Positions 29,161 to 38,721 of a stretch of 64,000 nucleotides of DNA are shown here, in pieces. The DNA comes from Thermoanaerobaculia bacterium (lineage in GTDB: Bacteria; Acidobacteriota; Thermoanaerobaculia; Gp7-AA8), in the NCBI GenBank assembly GCA_035999335.1, contig DASYGV010000094.1:21652-85651 (forward strand), read 5' to 3'. The translations under genes and the position numbers were made by a program. The notes under the pieces are model-generated. The model made no database searches, had not been told where the DNA came from, and saw nothing but the letters and a program-made list of their open reading frames with translations. The first letter of the stretch is position 1; each line of letters starts with the position of its first letter.

Positions 29161-30558
29161 TCAGAATCCTGTCCCGGTCGTACAGCTGGGCATCCTGGTT
29201 CTTCCGATGCCGACGACGTTGTCTCCTCCAATTGATTTCTGAACGAGAAGCGCTGATCCCGGCGGGTTCGTGTGCGCGTACTTCCAGTGCCACTCGATGA
29301 TCGGCGACACGCGCACGCCCGCGTATTCGAGCTGCTCCACGAACTGATACCTGCCTCGCGCGGTCTCGCCGTCCTGCAGGATCCCGTTCGTGAATCCCGC
29401 TCGTACGAACCCGCCCCCCACGGTGTGCGACGGCGTGTCGACGGCCCAGACCGTGCCGAACTTCCCCGGGATGAGATCTTCGTCGTTGTCGTTGCCGTCG
29501 TCGTTGACCATCTTGCCGCAATTCGCTGCGTCGACGGCGCCGACGAATTTGCCCGTGCTGTCGAAGACGAGATCGCGGATCTCACGCTTGCGGGCCCAGT
29601 TGAACGACTCCCGCTTTCCACCGACCGGATCGATCTTCGGGCTGAAGTCGCGCTGGTAGATTCCCTCGGGTTTGATCTTCCCTTTGAAGACGATGCCGCC
29701 GAACGCGAGAAGATTGTCGAGGTGCCGGTGGCCGGCGCGGTCGATGTCGGCCTGATCGGCGCGCAAGCGGTTGTCCACCTTTCCGTCGGGGTTCCCTTCG
29801 ATCGTGCCGTTGGGCTTCTGTTTGATGGCGTCCTGATAGAACAGCAACATGCTTTCGCGGCGCAGACCCAGGCTGGTGAGGCGCCGTCCGGAGTTCGCCT
29901 TGACCTCTTTCTGGTCGAGGACCGCGCCGATTGCGTTGTTGATGAACGTCTCGACCTCGACGGTGAAGACGGTGATGTCGTAACGTCCCGCCTCCGCCTC
30001 CTGATTGCCGACCTTCGTCGCGACGATGGAGACGTCCTTCGGCGCCGCGCTCACATTGCCGCCGTGGATCGTGATCTTGTTTCCGTTCCTGACCGTGGTC
30101 TTCGTCTTCGTGCGCATCGCATCGAAGAACGCCGTACCGCCGCCCGGCTTCGTGACGATCTCGAGCTCCGCCGTCTCCTGCAGCGGATTGACCAGCACGA
30201 TCAGCTCTTTCGTTCCACCCGGCACGTTCTTGTTCGGGTCCGGATTCGACGTGATTCGCGCGGCGACGACGGAGTCAAAGCTGCGACTCCGGCTGTCGAA
30301 GGCGACGTAGGGACCGAGAGGCGGCGGGTTCGGCGGATCGAAGCCGCCGCCGATGATGATCGGCCCGGGCACGGTGCATGTGCCGAGGAACGTCTCGACC
30401 AGCACGCCCTGACTGACGTCGTAACGCAGGCAGCTATTGCTCGCGTCACAGATTCCGCCCTGCAGGAAACAGTTGGTCGAACTGAGAGACTGTGCGCCGG
30501 CAGACAAGGAAAAGACTAACAGCGAAAGTACGATGGTGATTTTTATGGTGGACTTCAT
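29161..30558 (-). CDS. Secreted hypothetical protein (orphan)
   Basis: This is the real C-terminal part of the 1394-aa track ORF. The ATG at 30558 gives MKSTIKITIVLSLLVFSLSAGAQS. Composition is balanced, unlike the Arg-rich upstream extension, which is antisense to fadE. The 5' end is visibly lower in GC. Confidence 0.65.
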   Translation of the reverse strand: MKSTIKITIVLSLLVFSLSAGAQSLSSTNCFLQGGICDASNSCLRYDVSQGVLVETFLGTCTVPGPIIIGGGFDPPNPPPLGPYVAFDSRSRSFDSVVAARITSNPDPNKNVPGGTKELIVLVNPLQETAELEIVTKPGGGTAFFDAMRTKTKTTVRNGNKITIHGGNVSAAPKDVSIVATKVGNQEAEAGRYDITVFTVEVETFINNAIGAVLDQKEVKANSGRRLTSLGLRRESMLLFYQDAIKQKPNGTIEGNPDGKVDNRLRADQADIDRAGHRHLDNLLAFGGIVFKGKIKPEGIYQRDFSPKIDPVGGKRESFNWARKREIRDLVFDSTGKFVGAVDAANCGKMVNDDGNDNDEDLIPGKFGTVWAVDTPSHTVGGGFVRAGFTNGILQDGETARGRYQFVEQLEYAGVRVSPIIEWHWKYAHTNPPGSALLVQKSIGGDNVVGIGRTRMPSCTTGTGF

Positions 30559-30628
30559 GATTGCTCCCTTCGCCGGAACTACGGAGGGGAGGTCATGGCG
30601 GGTTGTCGGAAAACATAGTGGGAGAGAT

Positions 30629-30710
30629 AGTGCTGAGTGCTGGGTGCTGAGTGCTGAGTCGCCCACCCTGCGTGACTCCACACAGCACTCAGCACCCAGC
30701 ACCCAGCACT
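30629..30710. repeat. Hairpin of GTGCTG(A/G) / CAGCAC(C/T) heptamers
   Basis: Left arm agtgctgagtgctgggtgctgagtgctgag (30629-30658) pairs with right arm cagcactcagcacccagcacccagcact (30683-30710). It lies in the divergent region between the 29161-30558 gene and fadE. Confidence 0.8.
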
Positions 30711-30780
30711 GTGGAAACAACGTCGCGCCTGATGAATAGCCGTTCATAATGCGGTGTTTCCACCCGGTAGGAGGCGCATC

Positions 30781-33273
30781 TTGCAGTTCTTCAACTCCAT
30801 TCACGGTCTCTACCTCCAGAGCTACACGGCGCTCTGGATCCTCGGCGCGGTCGTCGCGATCCTCACCCTCGGTTTCGTCGGCGCACCGCTGATTCTGTGG
30901 GCGTTGCTCGGCGCGATACTGCTGATCGGCTTCGGCGCGCCGATCTGGCTCCTCGCGGCGTACGCCGTCGTGATGGCGATCTTTCTCATCACACCCATCC
31001 GTCGCGCGCTCGTGTCGAGCATCGTCATGAAGATCCTCGGACCGATCATGCCGACGATCTCGGAGACCGAGCGGACGGCCATCGAGTCGGGCTCGGTGTG
31101 GGCGGAGGCGGAGCTCTTCTCCGGCAAGCCGGATTTCGCGAAGCTGATGAGCGAGCCGTATCCGACGCTCACCGCCGAGGAGCAGGCGTTCGTGGACGGA
31201 CCGGTGAACGAGCTTTGTTCGGTCATCGACGACTGGGAAGTGTGGGAGTCGCGCGAGCTGTCGCAGGAGACCTGGGACATCATCAAGCGCGAACGCTTCC
31301 TCGGCATGATCATCCCGAAGGAGTACGGCGGTCTCGGATTCTCCGCGCTGGCGCACAGCGAAGTGATCATGAAGCTGGCCACGCGCTCGATCCCCGCGTG
31401 CATCACGGTCATGGTGCCGAACTCCCTCGGCCCCGCGGAGCTGCTGATGCACTACGGGACGGACGAGCAGAAGAAGCGCCTGCTGCCGCGGCTCGCGTCG
31501 GGTGAAGACATCCCCGCGTTCGCGCTGACGGAGCCGGGCGCGGGTTCGGACGCGGGGGCCATTGCGTCCAATGGCACGCTCTTCAAGGGCGACGACGAAC
31601 AGCTCTACATCCGACTCAATTGGAACAAGCGCTACATCACCCTCGCGGCGATCGCGACGCTCCTCGGCGTCGCATTCAAGTTGCGCGATCCGGAGAACCT
31701 CCTCGGCAAGGGCGAAGACCTCGGCATCACCTGCGCGCTGGTCCCGACGAATCTTCCGGGCGTCGTCATCGGACGCCGCCACGATCCGCTCGGCACGCCG
31801 TTCTACAACTGCCCGACGCAGGGACACGACGTCGTCGTTCCGGTCGACGCGGTCGTCGGCGGCGTGGAAGGATGTGGCAAGGGCTGGCGGATGCTGACCG
31901 AATCGCTCGCGGCGGGACGCGGCATCTCGCTTCCCGCGCAGTCGACGGGCGGCGGGAAGCTTGCCACGCGCGTGATCAGCGCGTACGCGTCGGTGCGCAA
32001 GCAGTTCGGTCTGCCGATCGGCAAGTTCGAAGGGATCGAGGAGCCGGTGGCGCGCATCGCGGGCTTCAACTATCTCCTCGAGGCGATGCGCCGCTACACG
32101 CTCGGCGCGATCGATCAGGGCATCAAGCCCGCGGTCGTGACGGCGATCGCGAAGTACAACGCCACCGAGATCGGCCGGCGGGTGATCAACGATGCGATGG
32201 ACGTCGCCGGCGGCTCGGGCATCTCGCGCGGACCGCGCAACTTGCTCTCGCATTACCACATCGCCATGCCGATCGGCATCACCGTCGAAGGAGCGAACAT
32301 CCTCACGCGCACGCTGATCATCTTCGGACAGGGCGCGCTGCGTGCGCACCCGTTCGCGCTCGCGGAAATCGAAGCGATCGGTGCCCGCGACCTGAAGGCG
32401 TTCGACCGCGCGTTCTGGGGTCACATCGGCCACATCGTCCGCAACCTCTCGCGTGCGGTGGTGCTGTCGCTCACGCGCGGCGCGCTCGCGGGCAGTCCGG
32501 TTGGCGGTGCCACGGCGCGGTACTACCGCAAGCTGGGCTGGGCGTCGGCGACGTTCGCGATCCTGGCCGACGTCGCCATGGGCGCGCTCGGCGGATCGCT
32601 GAAGCTGAAGGAAAAGCTCACGGGCCGCTTTGCGGATGCGCTGTCGTGGATGTACATCGGTACCGCGGTACTCCGCCGCTACGAGGCCGAAGGGCGCCCC
32701 GGCGAAGACCTGCCGTTCGTGCACTTCACGATGAATCACGCGCTGTACGAGATCCAGAAGTCGTTCGAGGGCATTCTCGGCAACCTGCCGGTGCCGGGTC
32801 TGACGTGGCTGTTCGCCGGACCGCTGCGCATCTGGTCGGACCTGAACGCGCTCGCCGGCGAGGCGAACGACAAGCACACGCACAAGATCGCGTCGCTGAT
32901 CCTCACCGACAGCGCGCAGCGTCTGCGCCACACCGACGGCATTTACATGCCCGACAATGAAGTCGAGCAGCTCGGCCTCCTCGAGGAGGCATTCCGCGTG
33001 GTGAAGCGCGCGGAAGGCATCGACAAGAAAGTGCGCGCCGCGGTGAAGGCGAAAACGCTGGAGAAGGCGAAGGGCCGCGCGCTGTACGACGCGGCGCTGG
33101 CGAAGAATGTGATCACCGCCGAGGAGCATGCGGTGCTGCTGCGCTCCGAGGAACTTCGCGCGGCTGCGATCCAGGTGGATGACTTCTCGCAGGAGGAGTA
33201 CCTGAACCACAGCGCGCGCGGGATCGTCGGCGTGGAGAACGTCGACGACGGGGACGAGGCGAGCGTGGCGTAA
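30781..33273 (+). CDS. fadE: Long-form acyl-CoA dehydrogenase (FadE type, membrane-anchored N-terminus)
   Basis: Collinear with E. coli FadE as I recall it: FSGKPDFAKLMSEPYPTLTAEEQAFVDGPVNE, NSLGPAELLMHYGTDEQKKRLLPRLA, FALTEPGAGSDAGA, WNKRYITLAAIATLLG, ITVEGANILTRTLIIFGQGA. AGGAGG lies 6 nt upstream of the TTG at 30781. The track start (GTG at 30754) is an alternative. Confidence 0.93.
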   Translation: MQFFNSIHGLYLQSYTALWILGAVVAILTLGFVGAPLILWALLGAILLIGFGAPIWLLAAYAVVMAIFLITPIRRALVSSIVMKILGPIMPTISETERTAIESGSVWAEAELFSGKPDFAKLMSEPYPTLTAEEQAFVDGPVNELCSVIDDWEVWESRELSQETWDIIKRERFLGMIIPKEYGGLGFSALAHSEVIMKLATRSIPACITVMVPNSLGPAELLMHYGTDEQKKRLLPRLASGEDIPAFALTEPGAGSDAGAIASNGTLFKGDDEQLYIRLNWNKRYITLAAIATLLGVAFKLRDPENLLGKGEDLGITCALVPTNLPGVVIGRRHDPLGTPFYNCPTQGHDVVVPVDAVVGGVEGCGKGWRMLTESLAAGRGISLPAQSTGGGKLATRVISAYASVRKQFGLPIGKFEGIEEPVARIAGFNYLLEAMRRYTLGAIDQGIKPAVVTAIAKYNATEIGRRVINDAMDVAGGSGISRGPRNLLSHYHIAMPIGITVEGANILTRTLIIFGQGALRAHPFALAEIEAIGARDLKAFDRAFWGHIGHIVRNLSRAVVLSLTRGALAGSPVGGATARYYRKLGWASATFAILADVAMGALGGSLKLKEKLTGRFADALSWMYIGTAVLRRYEAEGRPGEDLPFVHFTMNHALYEIQKSFEGILGNLPVPGLTWLFAGPLRIWSDLNALAGEANDKHTHKIASLILTDSAQRLRHTDGIYMPDNEVEQLGLLEEAFRVVKRAEGIDKKVRAAVKAKTLEKAKGRALYDAALAKNVITAEEHAVLLRSEELRAAAIQVDDFSQEEYLNHSARGIVGVENVDDGDEASVA

Positions 33274-33322
33274 ACGCAGAAAGATGGTAGGGGAAAGCCG
33301 CTCCGCGGCCTCTCCTCTATGA

Positions 33323-35503
33323 ATGGCTTCCAGTCCGGAGCTCACGCTCGAGCACCTGCGTCCGTATGTGTCGGTCCTCTTCTACGACCTGCGCACGGCC
33401 GTGCACTCGGCCGATGAGTTTTTCCTGATCGTCGAAGCAAATCTTGCCCCGTCCATCGGAGAGGCGCATGAGAAGGGCGGTCGACTCGGGAAGATCGTTC
33501 CGATCCGGAGGAAGAAAGCGGGGCGCTGGGAGATGGTCGGCTGCTGGTATCCGGTGGAGACTCTGCCCAGTTGGGTCGAACGCGTCGATGATCCCACTCT
33601 CACCTTCTATGACGTTCGGCATCACTTAGTCCTCTTCGGGATCGGCCATGACCGCCGTCGCGACGAACCCTATTCCGCGATCGTCTGCACCGATGCGCCG
33701 GTGAAGAAGAAGCTGATCGCGTTGATGGACGAGCTGGGAGTACGCCGGCTTCCGGAGGAGGAGCTCGTTCCGAGTTTTCTGCGCGGAGAAGCGCATCGCG
33801 CGTGGCTTCACGGCGTACACCATCCGGTGCCGACCAAAGCGAGCTCCAAGGTGCTCATCGGACCCGATCTGCGCGAGGCGATCGATCCGATCGACGATCA
33901 GACGTTTCGTCTCAGCGCCGCGCTTTCCGACACGCGGTCGGCGAAGATCACCGCGGACTTCAGACACGACCTTCCTCCGGACTCACCTCTGCGCGACCTG
34001 TCGTCGGTCGATGCCATCGGCCGCCCGCCCATCGGTAAACGCAACGAGTCGGTCGGCGTCTCGCTCAGCCGCGGCACGCTGTGGACCGGCATGAGCAAGG
34101 ACTTCAGCCATTTCCTCTACGAGCTCGACGAGCTTTGCGCGCAGGTGGCCGAGTTTCGCGATGCACGCAGTACTACGGCGGACAGCGGCTATCAGCAGCG
34201 CGGCTACAACATGCTGGCCCGCCCGGAAGAGGGCCTGAATCTCGATGCCCTCGGCGAAGCCGTGGATTTCTCGATGGAGCTGCCGCAGCCGAGCGAGGAA
34301 GAACAGCAGGACGAGACCAACGAGCGCGTGCGTGTGCTGTACGCGTGGCGCGAGCGCGGCGAGTTTCTCGTCAACGGCGCGGAAAACGAGCGGCTCTTCC
34401 TCGACGCGCTGTACGACGGGAAAAAGATCGCGAGAATCCGCCTGCAACCGATCCTCGGTGATCGCGGAAAAGCGAAGCTCGAGGTCAACGTCGACAAGTG
34501 GGAAGTCGAGTTGACGGCGCCCGAGCGCGACATCCTCGAGCACGTTTTGCAAGGTTCCGCTGAGCGGACCAAGGTCTGGTACAGCAAGGGCTACACGGTG
34601 CAGGGCGAAGAAGTCTTCCGCCTCGAGTTCCGCGATCTCCCTTTCACGTCGTGGAAGTGGATGCCCTTCCGTTTGGACCGCAAAGAAAACCCCATTAGGT
34701 ACGAGATCAAGCGCGAGAAACCGGGCAAATCCGGATTGTGGGACTTCGACTGGAAGGGATGCTCTCTGTTCGAGTTCGTGCTCAACAACATCGAGCCGCT
34801 GTTCCGCCCGGGCAAACACGAGTGGTTCCTGATCTGCGACGACGGCTCGGGCGAGGTCGCGGACTTCGTCTATCTCGACCCGGAGATCAAGCGGCTGCGG
34901 TTGATCCACGTCAAGGCCGCGGGCAGCGAGGAGGTTGAGAGGACCGATCGGGACACCGGCGAAGTCACGCTGAACGTGCGCCGGATCGCGCCGGCGAAGT
35001 ACGAGGTCGTCCTCGGGCAGGCCACGAAGAATCTCCGCTTTCTCGAGCCGCGGCTGCTTGCGGAACGCCTCGATACCGGCGGCTCGAGCAACATGGAGAA
35101 GCTGACGTGGATCTCCGGTAAACGCGTCGAGAATCGCGAACGTGCGATCAAGGCTCTGCGCGGCATGGGTGCGTATCTCGATCGCGGACTGATCGTCCTG
35201 CAACCGCATATGAGCCGCTCTGTCTGGACGAAAGCGGAAGAGGATCTGTGGGCGGACAAACTCGGCGACGCCGACCGCATCCAGTTGCTGCGCCTGAGGA
35301 TGCTGCTCGCCGCTACGGGCGATGCCTGTCGCCGTTTCGGCGCGATTTTCGAAGCGTGGGGCGTCAACGACGGGAAGGACGACGACGCGGCGTTCCCGCG
35401 GAGCGACCTCCGGGCGCCCCCAGCAGCATCCGGGCGCTCTCGGGCACGGTCTCCATCTCGACGCGGAAAGTCGCGGCGTTCCACCGTTGCAGGTAAGGGC
35501 TGA
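33323..35503 (+). CDS. Uncharacterised 726-aa protein with a C-terminal PD-(D/E)xK-like nuclease signature
   Basis: FLICDDGSGEVADFVYLDPEIKRLRLIHVKA resembles the D...E(V)xD...(I)HVK arrangement of restriction-endonuclease-fold domains. The N-terminal two thirds are unrecognised. The last roughly 45 aa are Arg-rich and overlap the convergent helicase. Confidence 0.6.
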   Translation: MASSPELTLEHLRPYVSVLFYDLRTAVHSADEFFLIVEANLAPSIGEAHEKGGRLGKIVPIRRKKAGRWEMVGCWYPVETLPSWVERVDDPTLTFYDVRHHLVLFGIGHDRRRDEPYSAIVCTDAPVKKKLIALMDELGVRRLPEEELVPSFLRGEAHRAWLHGVHHPVPTKASSKVLIGPDLREAIDPIDDQTFRLSAALSDTRSAKITADFRHDLPPDSPLRDLSSVDAIGRPPIGKRNESVGVSLSRGTLWTGMSKDFSHFLYELDELCAQVAEFRDARSTTADSGYQQRGYNMLARPEEGLNLDALGEAVDFSMELPQPSEEEQQDETNERVRVLYAWRERGEFLVNGAENERLFLDALYDGKKIARIRLQPILGDRGKAKLEVNVDKWEVELTAPERDILEHVLQGSAERTKVWYSKGYTVQGEEVFRLEFRDLPFTSWKWMPFRLDRKENPIRYEIKREKPGKSGLWDFDWKGCSLFEFVLNNIEPLFRPGKHEWFLICDDGSGEVADFVYLDPEIKRLRLIHVKAAGSEEVERTDRDTGEVTLNVRRIAPAKYEVVLGQATKNLRFLEPRLLAERLDTGGSSNMEKLTWISGKRVENRERAIKALRGMGAYLDRGLIVLQPHMSRSVWTKAEEDLWADKLGDADRIQLLRLRMLLAATGDACRRFGAIFEAWGVNDGKDDDAAFPRSDLRAPPAASGRSRARSPSRRGKSRRSTVAGKG

Positions 35504-37694
35504 GCAGGCGATCGTGCTTGTCGATCAGCACGGACGACGCACTGCGCATCGCCTCGTCCGGTGCGGGTGGAATCTTCGTGCCGTCGGCGAGGTCGCGAAG
35601 CAGTCTCTCAATTTCAGGCATCGCCATCCGCTCGACGAAGATCGCGATCGAAGCCGTCGTTACGCTTGCGCCCCAGTGCCGGAGCGCAAGGAGCAGTGAG
35701 AGCTGTCCGCGATAAGCGAGCCACGGCAGCAGCAACACGCCGGTGCCGTACGGAATGATCGACCTCGTTCGCAGGCCGAGGGTGTCGTATTCGGCGATGC
35801 CTTCGGCGTAGAGCTTCTGGGCCTCCTCGTCGAGTTTCACTTTGCGCGGCTTTTTGATCGTGCCGTCGTACAGCTTCTTCATCCGCGACACGACGGCCTG
35901 CGATGGCGGAATCGGACTTCCGCTGAACAGCGGCGCCTGTCCCGTCGCCGAAGGTGCCACGCGAATGACCTTCATCGCGCGCGAGATGCTGGTGATCGTC
36001 CACGTACGCCGGGCGTAGATGATCCGGTCCCCGACCGCGTACAAATGCGCGGTCGGGACGGTGCCGAGCATTTCCCCTTCGCCGGTCTGCACGCGATAGT
36101 CGTCGCCGCTTTGGAAAGCCGCGTAGAAGCGATGATCGTCCATCATCCGGCGCGCGGTGACGGTGAGGCGGTAATCCGCGTCGGTGCGCTCGAGCAAATC
36201 GGCCTGTAGGAGCCGCGCGAACAGCAGGATGAGATGTCCGTCCTTGTCGGCTGCTTTGCGCAGCGCGTAGAACGGCCCGTTCTCGATCAGCGTTTCCTGC
36301 ACTTCCTTCATCGTCACCGATCCGTTCTGCTGTGCGGCGAGCGACAGGATCTGCTGGATCAGCGTCGACAGATGTGCGGCGCGGCGATCGGGCGGCTCGT
36401 ATGCTTTCTCCTGCACGAGCGAGATCTGCGCGAGCGCCTGGAACGTCGGCAGGTGAAGCTCGGTCAGCGGCGAGCTTCGCGCGCGCGGCCGTGCGTCGCG
36501 GACGTACATGATCAGCCGGCCGATCTGTCCGTGCCTTCGCCCCGATCGCCCGAGGCGCTGATGCAGTGCGGAGACGGAGCTCCCGGGATCGATCTGTCCG
36601 ACCTGCGTGATCATCCCGATGTCGATTCCGAGCTCTAAGGTCGGCGTGCAAACGATCACCGCGCGTTTGTCTTTATCGCGGATCGCCTCTTCCGCCCGGT
36701 GGCGTTCCTCCGGCGCGAGCGAGCCGTGATGCGGATAGAACTCGACGTCGCCGTTTCCTTCCGCCGCGAGCTCGCAGAGACGATGTGCGAACCGTTCCGC
36801 CTCTTTTCGCGAGTTCACGAAGATCAAGCCCTTCGCCTTTTCACCGCGCTTGCCGGTCGCGTACAGATTCCGGAAGTCGGCATAGACCTGCCGGGCGATG
36901 GCCTCGCCGCGCGCGTCGGCCTTCATGTCCGTTGGATCACCCGGATCGGCATAGCCACGCAGCGAATACTCGAGTTTGTGTTTCCATTCATCGTCGAGCA
37001 GGAAGCGCACCGACGCCGCGGCGTTCGGACGGAGATGTTCGCGCACTTCTTTCTCCGTCTGTTGATTGAACGTGGCCGAGAGCGCGAGTCGCGGCACTTT
37101 GCGGTCCGCGATCATGTCGACTCGATTGAGCTGCGCGAGGAGTTGCACGCCGCGCGGGTTGTTGAAGAAAGCATGGAACTCGTCGATGACGATGCAGCGC
37201 AACGCGCCGAAGAACGTCTGCAGCAGGCCGGAGCGGTTGATGAACATGCTCTCGAGCGACTCGGGTGTGATGACGAGAACGCCTCCCGGAGTCGACTCGA
37301 ATCTTCGCTTCCCGGCGGTGTTCGCACGCCCATGCCACGGCGTAACGGCATACCGTTCGGTGTCGATCAATCCGTCGCTGAGGCGGTTCGCCTGTTGATC
37401 GATCAGAGCGACCAGCGGGCAGATGTACAGCACCTCGGCGCCGCCTGCGGGCTCTTTCGCCTCGTCCAGCACCGTCGACACCGGCATGAACACGGCCTCG
37501 GTTTTTCCGGAAGCGGTTGGCGCGGAGATCACGAAATCGAGCCCGCTCGGCTCACGCAGTTCATCCAAGAGGACCGGGATGACCTTGCGCTGAATTGGGC
37601 GCAGGTCCGTCCACCGTTTCTTCCCGACCCACTTCTGAACTCGATCCGATAGCGCGCCGAATGCTTTGCCCCGAACCTTTTGCTTGGTAGCCAT
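35364..37694 (-). CDS. Lhr-like DExH-box superfamily 2 helicase
   Basis: Motif I is ISAPTASGKTEA, motif II is VIDEFH, and motif III is LSATF. Also present are HHGSL, TPTLELGIDIG and QRLGRSGRR. Start is set at the ATG at 37694 (MATKQKVRG). The track start at 37760 adds 22 Arg/Gly-rich residues. Confidence 0.85.
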   Translation of the reverse strand: MATKQKVRGKAFGALSDRVQKWVGKKRWTDLRPIQRKVIPVLLDELREPSGLDFVISAPTASGKTEAVFMPVSTVLDEAKEPAGGAEVLYICPLVALIDQQANRLSDGLIDTERYAVTPWHGRANTAGKRRFESTPGGVLVITPESLESMFINRSGLLQTFFGALRCIVIDEFHAFFNNPRGVQLLAQLNRVDMIADRKVPRLALSATFNQQTEKEVREHLRPNAAASVRFLLDDEWKHKLEYSLRGYADPGDPTDMKADARGEAIARQVYADFRNLYATGKRGEKAKGLIFVNSRKEAERFAHRLCELAAEGNGDVEFYPHHGSLAPEERHRAEEAIRDKDKRAVIVCTPTLELGIDIGMITQVGQIDPGSSVSALHQRLGRSGRRHGQIGRLIMYVRDARPRARSSPLTELHLPTFQALAQISLVQEKAYEPPDRRAAHLSTLIQQILSLAAQQNGSVTMKEVQETLIENGPFYALRKAADKDGHLILLFARLLQADLLERTDADYRLTVTARRMMDDHRFYAAFQSGDDYRVQTGEGEMLGTVPTAHLYAVGDRIIYARRTWTITSISRAMKVIRVAPSATGQAPLFSGSPIPPSQAVVSRMKKLYDGTIKKPRKVKLDEEAQKLYAEGIAEYDTLGLRTRSIIPYGTGVLLLPWLAYRGQLSLLLALRHWGASVTTASIAIFVERMAMPEIERLLRDLADGTKIPPAPDEAMRSASSVLIDKHDRLLSPYLQRWNAATFRVEMETVPESARMLLGAPGGRSAGTPRRRPSRR

Positions 37695-37822
37695 GGGGCC
37701 CTCGAAAGAGGAGAGGCCACCGCAAGGCAATTCCCTACCCCTGCGACACCCCTGTAGCATCCCACAGTCGGCGGGCGATCGCCTTGTTGAAACGCATTCG
37801 CGCGGGCGGCATCTGAGCTGTC

Positions 37823-38269
37823 ATGCGCAGGATGATCTTGCTCTCGCTTCTCCTCATGACGTTCACCGCCGTCGCTGACGAGCCGGTGAACGAGACCCTG
37901 TTCGGCACGGCGGTGAAGGGCTACGACGTCGTCGCGTACTTCACGGACGGCAAGCCGGTCGAAGGCTCGAGCGACCACGAGGTCGAATGGCACGGCGCGA
38001 CATGGCGCTTCGCGTCGGCGCGGAACAAGGAATTGTTCGCGAAGGACCCGCCGAAGTACGCGCCTCAATACGGCGGCTTCTGCGCGTTCGGCGTGAGCCG
38101 CGGGTACGCGGTGGGGATCGATCCCGCGGCGTGGAAGATCGTCGATGGGAAGCTTTACCTGAACTACAACCGCGACGTGCAGGCCGAGTGGGTGAAGGAC
38201 ATCCCCGGATTCATCGCCAAAGCGGACGCGAATTGGCCGAAAATCGTCGCGGAGAAAAAGAAGCAATGA
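37823..38269 (+). CDS. YHS domain protein, secreted
   Basis: The signal peptide MRRMILLSLLLMTFTAVA is followed by AVKGYDVVAYFTDGKPVEGS...WHGATWRFASARNKELF...YGGFCAFGV. Confidence 0.75.
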   Translation: MRRMILLSLLLMTFTAVADEPVNETLFGTAVKGYDVVAYFTDGKPVEGSSDHEVEWHGATWRFASARNKELFAKDPPKYAPQYGGFCAFGVSRGYAVGIDPAAWKIVDGKLYLNYNRDVQAEWVKDIPGFIAKADANWPKIVAEKKKQ

Positions 38270-38694
38270 CGACATCGTCGGTAGTGCTGCACTCGCGCGG
38301 TTCGTTTCGTACGGAAGTGGAGGCGGGGCCGCATCGCTTCGTGCTCGACGAGCCGGCCGACGTCGGCGGCGGGGGCGAAGGTCCGACGCCGTACGACATG
38401 CTCGCCTCGGCCCTCGGCGGCTGCACGGCGATGACGCTGAACTTCTACGCGAAGCGCGAGAAGATTCCGCTCGAAGGCGTGGACGTCACGGTCACGCACG
38501 ATCGCCAGCACGCGAAGGACTGCGCGGACTGCAGCACGCAGCAGGGATACATCCACCGGTTCCGCGTCGAGCTGCGGCTTCTCGGCGAGCTGACGCAGGA
38601 GCAGCGCGAGAAGCTGCTGACGATCGCGGCAAGGTGTCCGGTGGCGAAGACGCTGGAGTCGGAGATCAAGGTGGACAAGGTGCTGGTCGCGTAA
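38266..38694 (+). CDS. OsmC/Ohr family protein
   Basis: GEGPTPYDMLASALGGCTAMTL and the C-terminal ARCPVAKTL are OsmC hallmarks. The ATG at 38266 overlaps the upstream TGA. Confidence 0.85.
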   Translation: MTTSSVVLHSRGSFRTEVEAGPHRFVLDEPADVGGGGEGPTPYDMLASALGGCTAMTLNFYAKREKIPLEGVDVTVTHDRQHAKDCADCSTQQGYIHRFRVELRLLGELTQEQREKLLTIAARCPVAKTLESEIKVDKVLVA

Positions 38695-38721
38695 CACGCT
38701 TCGCGTTGTACGATCGCGTCC

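Noticed and set aside
30559-33345. N-terminal 929 aa of the 1394-aa minus-strand ORF
   Set aside because: It is antisense to fadE, whose identity is unambiguous. The real gene begins at the internal ATG at 30558, which has a signal peptide.
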